DNA of 64,000 nucleotides from Camelus dromedarius (taxonomy: Eukaryota), in the NCBI RefSeq assembly GCF_036321535.1, contig NC_087451.1, positions 47,306,001 through 47,370,000 on the forward strand, written 5' to 3'. Both the position numbers and the translations under genes were made by a program. The notes beneath the pieces are model-generated. The model worked only from the letters and a program-made list of their open reading frames with translations, was not told where the DNA came from and searched no databases. Shown here one piece after another: positions 44,791-59,782 of the stretch. Within the stretch, counting starts at the first letter, position 1; every line of letters starts with the position of its first letter.

Positions 44791-46599
44791 CTCAACCAGA
44801 GCTCAAAGACCTCTATCATGAGGCAGCATCTGCTTTCAGATCAGAATCTTATTTTCCAGTTCTTAAAAAGCCAAGAAATTGCAGTTATTAATTCCACTGC
44901 AAACTTGGGAAAGGCCTGGAAAAGCAGCACCTTAGAGTCTCACACACTGGGATGCTGGGTTGCCCAGTTGAGGGCAAACCCTCTCCACCCCTTTCCCAAA
45001 CACATACACACACTCTCTCTCTGATAACTGTGTTATGGCCAATAGGTTTCACATTGCTTCATTTGCTCCAGCCAAAAACCATCCACTTTCCTATTTCTTA
45101 TAAGTGACAGTCGATACAGATGTGACTTTTAAGATCTCACAGTAAGTAGTAATGGGGCTAAAGACCAGAACCCAAACCAGTGCTCTTTGTGCCGTACTTT
45201 GCCTTTTCCTAGTCAATCACTGGCTGAGATGACAGTAAATAATGCTCACTTTACACTCCATAAAGTAAAGGACATCAACAAAAGGAGAATGTTTTCAGAG
45301 CCGCTGGAGTGCACAACTCCACGGGGGAGCATACACATTAATCTATAAATGGCACCCCAAAAGTTTATTGCATAGCCTGCATAGCCTTAACACCCTCGGC
45401 AGCCTTGTCTCCCTCTTATCCGTAAGAACAAGCATCTGAAAATAAGCAATTAGTCACTAATTATCTGGGACATGTACAGGGAAACCGTGGTTCTGCAACT
45501 GGCATCGAGACGTAGCACTGCCTTATAACCACTGGGGCTGCAGAGCTAGCTGACCACCAGCTGACCACTTTTTTATGTTCAAATTTCTTTTATAGTTAGG
45601 TAGGATAGCTTTAAACTCTAAGCATAACTCAGAGCATCTTTGGTGTGTTTAGTCAATGACATTTGTTTTGGGCTGTTGACATGGCTAGAAGCACATGTTT
45701 TATAATACTTTTCTTCCACTGTAGTTTGAAGAGCCCAATTGTGGGGATAAAGCAGAAAATAAATCTTGTTTTTTAAACCCTTTTTGAGTTCCTACAAATT
45801 CAAGGTGGGATGTTGGCAATGTTGGAGATAGAACACTTGGAATCTAATCTTGGTTCTGCTAACGTAGTTGTTCAACTCAGGCAAATTAAACACTATATAA
45901 ATGTTAATGTCAAAACAGCTCAATATCAACATTCTGGGAGTTTAAAAGCCATGTTAAAAAGTTAAAAGAGCCATTTTTCTGATAACCTATTCAATAAAGT
46001 AGATCATCTGAAAGTCTACTTTTTAAAATGACACTTAAAATGATTTTCTAATTAAAAAGACATATAAACCCAGCCCATGTCACCCCCCTCCCTCCAAATT
46101 AGCCTTCTGACAAAATAAGTCATTTTAATACTGTTTCAGACAACAGGACTGGATTAGAAATTCTACTCCACATAGGGCTAAAATGTGATGATTTTCAAAT
46201 CTGGAAGATAAACCCATATAAAATCACCTGGGCAATTCTGAAGCTTTGTACAAGGTCCAAGACTACATATACCTACGTGTCCACGTGTGTGGGAGGAGAT
46301 ATAGTTGTACAGACCACAATATATGTCTACATAAAACTTAAGAACCTACATCAAATCGTCAGAACCTACAGTAGAATTATCTCACACCCACAACACAATA
46401 AGCCACTTCACTGTCTGGGCAAACAGAACCTGAGGGAACTAGACCAGAGGGTTTTTGTCTACATTAGGCAGCTCTTTCTTACCCGTATCTTACTCATTTT
46501 TATTAACCCTAACATTCAGCACAGTGCCTGAGATTCAGTAATTATCCAACAGACAGTCACTGAAGTGAAATATACTTTATGCGAATACAATTACTTANN

Positions 46600-49500
46600 N
46601 NNNNNNNNNNNNNNNNNNNNNNNNNNNNNNNNNNNNNNNNNNNNNNNNNNNNNNNNNNNNNNNNNNNNNNNNNNNNNNNNNNNNNNNNNNNNNNNNNNNN
46701 NNNNNNNNNNNNNNNNNNNNNNNNNNNNNNNNNNNNNNNNNNNNNNNNNNNNNNNNNNNNNNNNNNNNNNNNNNNNNNNNNNNNNNNNNNNNNNNNNNNN
46801 NNNNNNNNNNNNNNNNNNNNNNNNNNNNNNNNNNNNNNNNNNNNNNNNNNNNNNNNNNNNNNNNNNNNNNNNNNNNNNNNNNNNNNNNNNNNNNNNNNNN
46901 NNNNNNNNNNNNNNNNNNNNNNNNNNNNNNNNNNNNNCTTCTACTTCTTTGCAACCCTTGATAAGCCTCCACTGTGGGCATCTGTTTGGTCCAAAAATTG
47001 AGAGGACTGTGTATATTTAAAATTAGTCATTGGTAAAGTGGTAGAACATCACTTTCAACATGATAATCTCTCGCCAAAAAAATCAGTCCTAGTTTCAAAA
47101 GACTACAGGTCCTTCGTCCACCACGAAAACCCTACAGGCTCAAGGGCGTTGGGAGATGAGAAGATGAAGGCTGCCAAAAAAGGAGGCAANNNNNNNNNNN
47201 NNNNNNNNNNNNNNNNNNNNNNNNNNNNNNNNNNNNNNNNNNNNNNNNNNNNNNNNNNNNNNNNNNNNNNNNNNNNNNNNNNNNNNNNNNNNNNNNNNNN
47301 NNNNNNNNNNNNNNNNNNNNNNNNNNNNNNNNNNNNNNNNNNNNNNNNNNNNNATTGTGAATATATACCACTTTTAGAAAAGAACCTCTTGCTTATTTAA
47401 AATATTCCCTTTAGCCACCAAAGCTGGTCCTGGGCTATTACAGGTGTGCATTCGTCTCTTAATGGTCTACTCAGAAATGATAAGGTTACAGCTTTTTTTC
47501 TTTTCTTTTTTCTTTTTTTAAATAAAAAAGCAACTGACTGAAGCATTTTTCTTTCTTTAGGTAAATAGCAAAAATAAAAATAAAAACAAACCCTTGTATT
47601 TGCATAAATAATGCAAATGGAGCGATATGGCCTTTAAGGTAAAGGGTTAGTAGAAAGGAAGAAAGAAGTGAAGAAAATCCAGAGAAAATGATGTATTAAT
47701 TTTTTAAAATTTCTACATGTGCAAAAAAATCATGCTGGTTGAGGAAAACAAAAGTAAATGAGTATATAAAACTAAAAACATAAATAATATGTTTGGGATG
47801 ACTGGNNNNNNNNNNNNNNNNNNNNNNNNNNNNNNNNNNNNNNNNNNNNNNNNNNNNNNNNNNNNNNNNNNNNNNNNNNNNNNNNNNNNNNNNNNNNNNN
47901 NNNNNNNNNNNNNNNNNNNNNNNNNNNNNNNNNNNNNNNNNNNNNNNNNNNNNNNNNNNNNNNNNNNNNNNNNNNNNNNNNNNNNNNNNNNNNNNNNNNN
48001 NTTAATGCGCATTAGGCTGTCTTTTTCATATACTAAAACAAGGGGGTTCTGAAAGCTAAATTGCTCAGAGTAACCCATCCATTATTTAAATGTTTACGTT
48101 TTAAATGGGTTAAAAATTTTAGCAGACTTACATAAATAGGATTTAGCAACACAAGTGTTAATTTAAAAAACTCTAAAGCATTTACTGATTATAAGGTTGG
48201 AACAGTCTGGGGAAATTATGTGCACTATACTTCAAAATGTTATTTACATCAGACCATCGCTTTTGTAAAATTTTCCCTAAAAGATAAAAAGAAAAAAATT
48301 TGGAGAATTAATCCATTCTAACCTAGCAGAGAAGGATAATAAAAGGTAAAACAATAACAAAATTATCTCCTAATAGAAACCCCACATATCCCTCTCCGCT
48401 TGGATTTTGCCCTATGAAACCACCTGCAACTCCTAATAGGCTCATATATCAAGTGTTAAGATAATGTGGTAAAATACTTTGTTCAGATAAATTACTGGCC
48501 TTGAGTGGACTTTAAAAAAAAAATTTTCCCACTTGTGTCTCTGGCTTGGATTATTTTAGGACACATGTATGTAATTAATTGGAAGGGCACTCTAAGTAGG
48601 CACAATTCCCATCTAATGTGGAATAAATGGTATGACATAAAATGCTGTCGGGGAGAAGGGGTGGTGGTTTCTTTGATATCATGAAATGCAAGAAAGCACA
48701 TTTGGAATGGGCACCAAAAAAGAGCTTTCTGGCAACACACCAAGGGCAGCCAACATCTTAATAAACTAAATATATTTGTGTAAGACAAAAAAGGGGCTAG
48801 AAGGGTGCCGATATTTCCCCCCCAGGTTTGTCTGATATGTGCTAAACAGTCACATGGCCAACTGGAATTTGCAAACATTAAGCCGTTCCATCCTTTTTAA
48901 TCACATAATTCACTTCATGACCATGTGTAGTTTATAGAAACAATAATGTTCATGCTGAGGCAATGTATTTGAGGGCTCAGAAAAAGCAAAATGTGCCACC
49001 GAGAGAAACCTGTTCCCATACAACCGGTCTTCATGCTTTCAAGTGGCTCTAGTATACCTTTGATGCTAAGCCAAGCCATGCAAAAGCAAAGAGTACACAC
49101 TTTTCATTAACACTGGTATCTCATTTCTAAACTCCACTGACCTCAGAGTTGCCATAGAAACATATAACATGAGTAATGAAAGCATACAAATGAAGGTTCA
49201 TGGATTTCAAAAATGCATTTCCCTCATCTATATTCACCAGCTTTTAATACCTTAGGCTAAAAGGCATATCAAGAGATAATGACAAAGGAACACACGTAAT
49301 TCTGGAAATATGGAAAATGCTCCAGAAATGGGATCACTGTGCCAGCAATAAGCATAGTTCATTTCATTTGAAAATTCAGCTAGAGAGCCCAATAAACAGT
49401 TCCAAGCCATAAAGTTATCACCTGCAATAATTTACATACACATTAAAACTCTTGCACTTTATAGACAAAACACACTTCTGTAAACATGGCCACTGGGGGA

Positions 49501-52500
49501 GGGAGGCTCCCTACCTCATTCATGACTGAGGACATGTAACCATTATATTAAATCAAATGACTTCGCTTCAAAAGATTTTTAAACCTGACCAATGATTAAG
49601 TTTTATTTCCCCCTGTTTAACAACATTTAAGCATTAATTCTAAAAAATGTCACCTAGGATGGTTTCAGGGTTAGATGCTAGGACCACAACTGGCAATGAC
49701 AGCAACTCCTCTCTAGCTGGCACAGACTTATAAACTTTAGTACAAAAACAAAAAAATACAGAAACTAGGTCAATTTGTTAGCTACATATTTACAGATAAT
49801 TACATGATTTTTTCACCCATAATTGCTAAAAACTATGAGTGAAAAGGAGAACTGTGCAGGTTGAATTACCCGTACTTTGGGGGGAATTCTTAGGTATCAA
49901 GATACCCTTTTCATTCATTCACAAGTCTCATCTTCTCTACTTTTTCATGGCAAACTACCTACAGATGTCCAGATTGGTATATCCAGTGGGCATCCTGTTT
50001 CAGAGAGGATTAACCTTTTTCTCTATTTAAAGTAAAATCTCTTGTATATTTAAAAACAAAACAACCCCAACACAATCAAGCGCAAGCACATACACACACA
50101 ATCTCTGAAACCTCAAAAAGTTATGATTGCTGGGTAACAGTTAACAGTGATGGTGACATAGTAAATGGCTTCCCCAGTTTTAATTCTCTGCCTTTATTTT
50201 CTTTAAAGAGTATCTATTTTGGGGTGGGTGGAAAGAAGTGCAAGTTTAAGAAACCCACAACAGGCAGATAAGGTGCATACTAATTTACTTATTTCTCATG
50301 ATCTGAAGACTAACATTAGGCCAAAATGGATTCTCTTCCCTTGCATGAGTGAAATTTTGAAAATCTGAATATAAACGAGGGAAAAATTAGTCAATGTGAC
50401 TTTAAAGGGGGCTACCAGAATTCAGTAGAAAATACAAATGCACAATAAAGGAAGAGTTCTCAGCTTCACTTTTTCTAGACAGTGTTTAATAAAACTTCTT
50501 TACAAATTAAGTCATTTCCAATGTAGACTTACTGTAGTAATTTCATAAAAGTGCAGACAACATAACCAGACACACAGCAAAACAGACTTCAATCAGTAGT
50601 CCTGGCATAAAGAGGCAAGTCTGCTAAGTGTACAGCATACTCTTCATCCTTTAAATAATCTGAGGATGGAGAATTTCCAGTTCTTAACAACTAAGAGTGA
50701 CTGAGTACCTTTTCAAAGGCAATGCTACAATCTGGTTGGGGGCACTATCATGTTAGATAAGGAAAAACAGAGAATTTGTTTCTCTTTGATAATAATCTGT
50801 ATTTTGGTAAGGAGCTCCAAGATGACAGCCTAAGTTTTGGATTTGTTCCTTAGAGAAGGCAGTTTTCTAAGAAACAAAAGCCCCCTCCTTCCATCCTTAC
50901 AGGAGATTCACACTTATACCCTTAAATATATTATCTTCTGACTTGAATACACACTAGACACTTCACATTGTAAGCATGGGACAAAACACAGGACCATATA
51001 AACCTCCTAGTAAAGGGTTGCTGTGTTGGACCAAATCTGTGCTTGAATGGTAGTGGCTCCGAAGGGGTGGAAGGTGCATGAAGAACTATCAGCAAGCAAG
51101 AAGCAGCAGCTAAAGGGAGAAAGCCCCACACTAACACCAAATCCTTCTCTCCCAGTGGCCATTTCCTGTTGATCTTTACAGTTTATAAGAACCTTAGATG
51201 CCTTAGCAGTAATTCCTTTCTTGGCTGTTTTGGTCCTTGGCAAAAATTTGTAATTGTTAGTATTAATGGAGTAAAAAAAGTAAGCTCAATGGCACCATTA
51301 CTAAGAAATATGTATGGAGTGCACATGAAGATTATGTGATCTATTGGTTTCTTTTCACCTCTGCAGAGGAATCACCACCAGTGTTTTTAATTTCCATGGT
51401 TCATTTTTCTCTGCATCACTTATCTTTCATGGCATTATTTGACAAAAACTCACAGAAACACTAACAGGCTCCTCCCCAAGCACTATTTTACTGCATTGCA
51501 ACTTATGGTTCCACATTTTACTTAACTTTCTTTCCACCCATATAAGTGCTAAGAGGGGATTAAAAAAAAGAAAAGATTGCATCTAATGATCACCTTCTCA
51601 TAAATATCAACCCAGAATACTCATTCTTAAGAAACACACGCATTCTTGCCTTAACTGAGGACTGAAATAACTAAACAAATTAACAGAACCTTAAGTGCCC
51701 TGATGGAAATGTACAGTATGAGTTACATCCATCTACCTATCTATACACACATATAGACACTCATATGTATATACAATATATACATACAAATGATAACAGC
51801 TATACCAAAAATGTGCATATTTAACACAGTTTTTAAAAAAGCCAGTAGATCATGGTATAATACAATTTATTTCCACTAGTGAATGGCACAAATGGAGAAA
51901 TGCAAAGGAGGTGTTTCAAGTACGATAAAGTCATTTTTCACAGGTGAAAATAAACAGTATTATTCCAGTGTCCAACACAATGTATTCTATAAAAGTTTAA
52001 AATGCCAGACATTTAGTACTTAAAGAAACAGAAAGTTACTAAAGTCTGCTTAATGGTCTGGAAAAGACACTCATAGAGTTTTCAATTTTTGAAAAGGGGG
52101 TGAGGAAAGATAGCTGGGAGTGGGAGGGAGTATCAAGGACAGTTTCTTTAGTGTACTGAATGATGTTTACCTGTTGTCTAGGCAGCTGAATATTGTAATA
52201 ACTATGCTAAGAAGTTCAATTTACCCATAAATCCTTGGCCTAGAGTACCAAGCATATAATATCTGTGGGTGTAGCTTCAAATAAAAGACTATTCATCTCT
52301 AGGCACAGAAATGATTAGAAAGAATGGCAGCTCTGAATAAAAAATAATATAAACACATTTTCCAGCTGACTATCTATATAATGAAAATACTTCCAGATAC
52401 TTTAATTTGGGGTTAGAGCTGACTTTAAGCAGAGAAAAAAATATGTGCAAAAGGAAGGGAATCCAATTAGGAACAATGTATTTCCAGGTATGAGGTTTTG

Positions 52501-55500
52501 CATTTTTTAAATGCTAACTTTAAAAAAGGGAGAAAGGGAGAGAGAGTGAACACAAGAAACTTTACTGCCAAGCTCTGGATACCAGACATAGCATTTACGA
52601 CTTTCTGACATGCCGGACAAATTTCCCATACTTTTATTTTCTTAAACACATATATATCAAGTGAACACCAACACTGGGGGGAGGTAGAAGTAATTTGATC
52701 AAATGTTGACATCTGTACACTGATTCAGAAGTGCCTGCTTCCTTCTTTAGAATCTCTCAAAACATTTCAAATTTTCCTGCTACAAGCTTTACTCTTTGAT
52801 GATTCCTACCATGTGTGAGATTCCTCAGAAGTCAGATCTTGCAAACACACACAAACCAATTAATTTGAACCATTTTTGCAAACTATACATATTTTAATTA
52901 AAATTAAATTAATGGGATAGTCCAGGTATAGTCATGACCTACATGTAAAACTGGTTGCCACACAATCAGATACAAAGCCCTACTGGATAGACATGTGGAG
53001 TCAGTATTCAATCACAATTTTGCAAGTACATATGATCTGCATGAACTCAGTAACTCAATTTGACTAATTTAAGTCCACGAGTGGACTTTAACATGTATCA
53101 CTGGTAGTATTTTTTTTAAAGAGTTTTGAATGTAAAACTGATCTGCACTCCTATTCCACCCCTCCAACAGTACAGAGGGGCTAGATCCAAAAAGAATTTT
53201 TAGAAGGTATCAATTCATATTTTTGGACATTTTATTAATTCTAAAGTTCTTTCCTATCATTTTCCTCCAAATAGGTAGATATCTCAATATGTCTGAAATA
53301 CTATATAATAAATACGTGAATGCAAAAAATATACTGAGAAAATTTAAAAATCCCCTTTCATTAGATAGACAAGTAAGTACGTATCATGCTCACCTAAAAA
53401 CTGGTGATCTCGAGCATGGCCAACAGAACACTGTACCAGAGTGCTACAAAACCCTGACTAAAATTGTGTGTGAATTCTACTGCGAACTTGATTTTAAAAA
53501 GACTTACATTAAAATATTAATTTTTCTTCTAGTTACCTTTAAATGAATGTCAGAAACTCCTAAAGGGGGGGACTCACGGGGATTAGACTGACATACCTGG
53601 GGAAGACTTAAATTTGGTTGAGAAAATCAGGATTTCAACAGTGACAGATTACTGTTTGGTCATTAATCTGGTCTAATTAAAGAGTATCACTGAGAGGGAC
53701 TTAAGAGAATTCTACCTTGGAGCCCTCTGACTATATGAAAAAAGCAGGATCCAGAGTTAGCAGCAAGGGTTCTTCAAGACACCTGGGGAGGGGGCAGGAC
53801 AATAACTTGTAAGAAACTCTCATCTGTCACTGAAAAGAACAATTTTTTCCTTCGAGTCATACTCACATCTTCCTACCCACCCCACCTTCAACTCAATTTC
53901 CACATTAGCAGTGGAATACCAAGTAACATCTAACTTTCAGCATTGGGTTGATCCTTCATTATAAAACAAAACAAAACAAAACAAAACAAAACAAAACAAA
54001 ACAAAACATATCCCTCTGTGGAAAAAAAAAAGTTAGCTTTTGTCAAGAGATTCCCTGACCACTATAACTTATTATTTTTTTAAATTTGCCAAACTTGCTA
54101 GTTCTTTTTCAGTAGTACTTTAGCACTGAGGCTAGAGACTTCCGGAAGTGGTGTTTCCTATTGTGTGATGTTAACATGATGCCAAATGGTCACTAAGTCT
54201 CAAGGAACTAGAAGTTTGCAAAGTATTGCAGCAACAAAAACAGCAATTAAAAGGAAAAAAAAAAAAAAAAAGAGGACCTGCATGTGCAGCAAAATCTACA
54301 GTGGTGATGAGGATTAGTCAGCAGCTGGTAAGTCATTGGCTCAGTGACTCCTGGTTCACTATGGCAACTAAACATTAAATAATTGGCTATTCTACTTGTA
54401 AACAGGAAATCCCGTAAGCCAAAAGAGGGTAATCAAATTATGTTTATGTAGTGTGGTGAGAATTCCAATAGACGGCAGTTTGCAAATATGGCATCATTCA
54501 AATACCTCTGGCATTTGATTTATATTGGCTATGTGTCTTTGTTCTTATACAAAGTAAAAGTACTGTTTGGGGTCTTGGGAGTTATAGAGCTTAGCTAGGA
54601 TGAGATATCACAGTATAAGCAACAAAACGTCAGGATATATAGGGTTCATGTCCTCACTCTGCTGCTGAACATACCCACCATATGAACTTTCAGGGGCCTC
54701 TCTCACCCTTCCGGTCTTCCCCTTTAAAGGCTCACAGGTTCGTTGATGCAATTCCCACACAACTTGTGATCTCCTTAAGCACCTCCATCTCACCATGCCA
54801 TAAAGAAGGCACAATTGAATAGACCAAAAAAAAAAAAAAAAAAAAAAATTCACTGACAGATCTATGCAGCATTCAGAAAAAGAATTAAGTTGTTTTCTAC
54901 TCTCTGAAAAAGTCAATGCAACCCTTTAGTGTTTGTGGATTTCTGTGTTCTTTTTTACTCCAAATGAGGCTGAGAAGTCAGACCAATTTAATAAAGAAAG
55001 TACACTGGTAAGGGGATACAGATGTGTTTCCATAGCAACTTGTTTCAGTATATGCTGCCTGCTATGAGTGGCTTATAAGAATCTGGGGTATGGAGAAAGG
55101 CTTTAGATCTCTTCACAAACTTCTTAGGATCTAATTGTCCAACAGTGATGACTCAAGTCACATCACTGCATTCTATTTTTGCAGTGTTCAGAAAATACCC
55201 CCTCTCTAGCCAATTTCTTTTAGCTATGCACGATATGTATGTGTGTGTGTGTATATGTATACACACATACATATCAAATCCCATTTTCAAAATTTCTCCA
55301 AAAGTTAAAAACAAAAAAACAAAAAACAAAACCCGGCAGCCAAATACTATGACATCCCAGTTAGTAAACACANNNNNNNNNNNNNNNNNNNNNNNNNNNN
55401 NNNNNNNNNNNNNNNNNNNNNNNNNNNNNNNNNNNNNNNNNNNNNNNNNNNNNNNNNNNNNNNNNNNNNNNNNNNNNNNNNNNNNNNNNNNNNNNNNNNN

Positions 55501-55524
55501 NNNNNNNNNNNNNNNNNNNNNNNN
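46600..55524 (-). other. TAOK1: TAOK1 long 3'UTR (extent inferred)
   Basis: About 9 kb AT-rich stretch after the stop with no interspersed repeat I can recognise, unlike the flanking intron; length agrees with the recalled long mammalian UTR; distal end lies among N blocks. Confidence 0.6.
53963..54007. repeat. (AAAAC)9 microsatellite
   Basis: Nine perfect pentamers. Confidence 0.95.
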
Positions 55525-56034
<510 letters not shown>

Positions 56035-56199
56035 CTATAAACTAAAGAAGTTAATAATTACTCAGCTTTGAACTGAATCATAAAGTTCACTCTGGCTATT
56101 TTATGGATGTACATTTAAAAATCAAAAAGATGTACTATAGGAATCATAATTTGTATTTCTAAAATGTGTAAAATCAAATTCTTCAAAGAAAAGGCAATA

Positions 56200-57270
56200 A
56201 TCTTAATTGAAACAAAAAATCAAGGCAATTATCATCAATGACTATTTAATCCATTAGGCAAAGCATTGAATAAAAAATAAAATGGGTGAAGGGAAACTTG
56301 TCTTATCAGATATACCAAACAGTCACTCTAATAAAATAAATATGGTATTCGTGTAGGAACAGATCATTCATGAAACAGAAGTAGAATGAAGATCTCAGTT
56401 TGCAGGTTTTTGATGCAAGACAAAAGCAGTAATTAATTCACTGGGAAAAAGATGGATTTTTAATAACACAGGCATAACTGGCCAGCCATCCGCAAGGAAA
56501 TAAAAATGGAACCCTATCTTATACTGCATTCCAGATAGACCAAATCCTTAAATGGAAAAGCAAGCAAATAATCAAAACCACAAAGTTTTCATTAAAAAAT
56601 TAGGAGACTATGTATCTAGAAATTAGCAACTGGAAAACTGGAAGGTATTACAAATAAATGTAGTTGACTATACATAATTTATTAATGTAAAACATTTCAT
56701 ACTAAATAAAGTTAATAGGCTAAAAAAAGTTGATGGAGAACTTTTCTTTGGATGATCGAATTGACAATTGCCTGTTATAGGTTAATTGACTTAAAAGATA
56801 ATTAACTAAAGCTGTATGAGGACCTTGTTTGGGCCCCAATCCAAATAAGCCAACTTTAGATATTTTTAAGATAAAAGGGGAAATGTAGGCAAGGACTGAG
56901 TATTAGGCAATACTTAAAATTTATTATTAATTTTATTAAATATCAAGATGGAACTATGCTTATTTTAAATTAAAAAAGTCCTTATTTATGTTTAGGAGTA
57001 AAATGATGCTGTGCTGAAATTTGCTTTAAAATATTCCACTCTCCTTCCTTCTACCCCCTCCAAAAAGTTGTGTATGTGTGCAGCAGAGGAATAGATAAGA
57101 AAAAATTAGCAAAATCAAAAAGATGTACTCTATGCAGAATATTGGTAACTGTTGAAGCTGGGTAATGAGTACCTGGGATTTCACTGTACTCATTCTTCCT
57201 ATTTTTGTGTATGTTTGAAATTTTTCTTGAAAAAAAGTTAAAAAAAGGAAATAATGAGAATTTGTAAAAA
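56200..57270 (+). mobile_element. Old L1 (L1MC/L1ME-like) ORF2-end and 3'UTR fragments
   Basis: caactggccagccatcc..gaaataaaaatggaaccctatctt; ..actgttgaagctgggtaatgagtac..tgtgtatgtttgaaatttttc..poly(A); approximate. Confidence 0.65.
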
Positions 57271-59243
57271 AAAAAAAAAGAATTAACTAATCAGACATCA
57301 GGAATATTTGAGGACTTAAGCCAATAGTCTTTGTTATCTGCAGATATCTAGCTCTATAAATGTTTACATTTTATGTATCAATTTTTAAGTGCCCTCAAAA
57401 AAACCCCATAGTTTAGCATGGGAAACACATGCAAATAAAAAATTACAACAGAATGTGGTTAAGATGTAATAACAGATTTATAAGGTATAGCAGAAATACA
57501 AAGGGATGAAGTGATTCGCTCTATAGGGGAAGGAGAGAAGGGCAAAGAAGCCTTCTTAGAGGAGGTGGCAGAAACTGGATTCTGAAGGAAGAATACCAAG
57601 TTTACCAGAAAGATGTGGGGAGGGAAAGATATTTTCAGCAGAGAGAACATATGCAGGTACACAGAAAAATGGTAAAATAAGAAGTGTCTGAAGAATTACA
57701 AGTCAACCAGATAGAGACTCTAGTAAGAGTCTGAAAATTATTGAAAGTTCTAAATACTAAATAAAGTGTTATAAAGGTTGAGAGAGGGCCATTCATTAGA
57801 AGGTTGAAGGAGAACTTAGATTAAACATGAATGCTTCTTGTGAGGGAAAGACATCAAAATGTTAAATGTGGTGATTCGAAGCAGAGAAATTAAGGACATT
57901 TCAATTTATACTTATGTTTCTCTGTATGTGCCAGGTTTTTAAAAAAAAAAGGGTTGCGTATTTGTAAAATAATTTTTCTACTAATATCTATATATAAAAG
58001 ACCTGATTCTTTTGAATTAAACTTATGTATCTCTAAGGATTCAAAGAACTTCAAAATTTTAAAATATTTTATATGTAAGAATTTTAAAAATCCATTTACT
58101 TAAAGCACTTATTTTAATTTGAGGGATCTAATGATAGGAAAGCACTTAGCATGTAACTGATCTGAATTCCTTGTATACAATCTGAAGGAAACTCATGATA
58201 AAAATATTAAGCACATTAATGCTTATCAACCTTTTATCCAGTAAATACTGCTTTAATTTTGTTTGCTGATTAGTTCTGTCATTTAAGAAATGCAGAATAT
58301 TTTACAATTAAATAAAAATAAAACCTAAGAGTTATGACAGATTACACTAACCCCCGTTTCTTTTAAAATATATTATTTATTACCACAAATTAGAAAGGTG
58401 GTTTCACTGGGTGGATAAAACTTCCCATAATTAAGACTTTTGAGAAGTTCTTTCAAACTATCTTTAAAATCAAATGCGGTATTTTCGTGTGACTATTTTC
58501 AGATCCACAAAGAAAAAGGCTGTAAGATGTTCCAATCATTAATTCTAATGTTGTTCATACTAAGTGAAATATTGAGAGAAAATTAATTGAAATGATAAAA
58601 CTAAAATGAAAACATTTACATTTTTGGAAATACTACCACTTTCCATGTGTGTATAAAATTCAGATGGATTCTAACATTTACAGTTGTCATTTTGCTGAAA
58701 TTTTAATGTAAATGAAATATGAGAAAAGTTGTAATAAGAACTCATGTGAGTCAAGTGAGGCTTACTTTACTTTGTTGGTGTCTCAACCTAAAGGAGCAAA
58801 TCTTGGTTTATTTGGGCACTTAAAGCAACCTTCAAAGAAAATTATTATTCATCTTGAAACAACTAACATTCATTCTGGCTCCATCTCTATTTATTTTCAG
58901 ATGACTGTTATTTGTACAACCAATAAGCACAAAGTGTAGAAAATACAGCTGTAACGATTTTTCAGTTTCTGCAGAGAGGGTACATGGCCTTGGTAGCTGC
59001 CGACTGACCCCAAACTACTTTAAAATCATGCACTTCATTTGAAATGTAAATTTTAGCCCTGAAAAATCAAGTAGCAACTCAAAGCACTAGAGATTTGTCA
59101 CCCTACTGTACCTCTACTATTTGTAATACTAAATAATCTTATGCAATTCCCCATCAAAGTAATATAAACCACAATAAAAAACAGAAAAATGAACCAATCT
59201 ATTATATTAATATAGCCACTACTAGCATTGCTTCAATTCACTT

Positions 59244-59297
59244 CATTTTTTGTATATATGTATTTTTATTGAAGTATAGCCAGTTTACAGTGTTGTG
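59244..59297 (-). mobile_element. 54-bp L1 3'-terminal insertion with 11-bp target-site duplication
   Basis: tttttattgaagtatagccagtttacagtgttgtg between two copies of TCAATTCACTT (59233-59243, 59298-59308). Confidence 0.75.
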
Positions 59298-59782
59298 TCA
59301 ATTCACTTGAAGTGTAATTTGTCTTTTTTTATTTTATTCAACACATCATAAGCATTTTTCAATACTAATATTGTCTTTGTAGCCATCATTTAAATGGCTG
59401 AATAAGGTGTTATTAAGTGGCTTGGCCATAATTAATAATTACTTAACTATATCTCTATTTTAGATGGTTATGTATTTTAAACCACCATAAAACATGCTAT
59501 AATTACCATATTTACACATTTTGTTTTTCCTATATTTGGATTTCTTTCCTTGGAATAAACTCTTCAAGTCTTATTAAATACTTAACATTTCCAAAGCTCA
59601 ATATATACTTCCAAATTGCTTCCCAAAATGCATTAATAATGTATGAGAGTGCCACTCCACCTTCACCAATGTATATCAGTTGTATGCTCACATTTTACTA
59701 GGCTTTGTAGAACATGTAGGCTTTGGTTCACGTATTGAAACAAGACTGTACCTAAGATACTAATTAGCACCGTCTAACTGAA

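Noticed and set aside
46565-48078. ORFs listed across the distal N blocks
   Set aside because: Open only because N codons contain no stops
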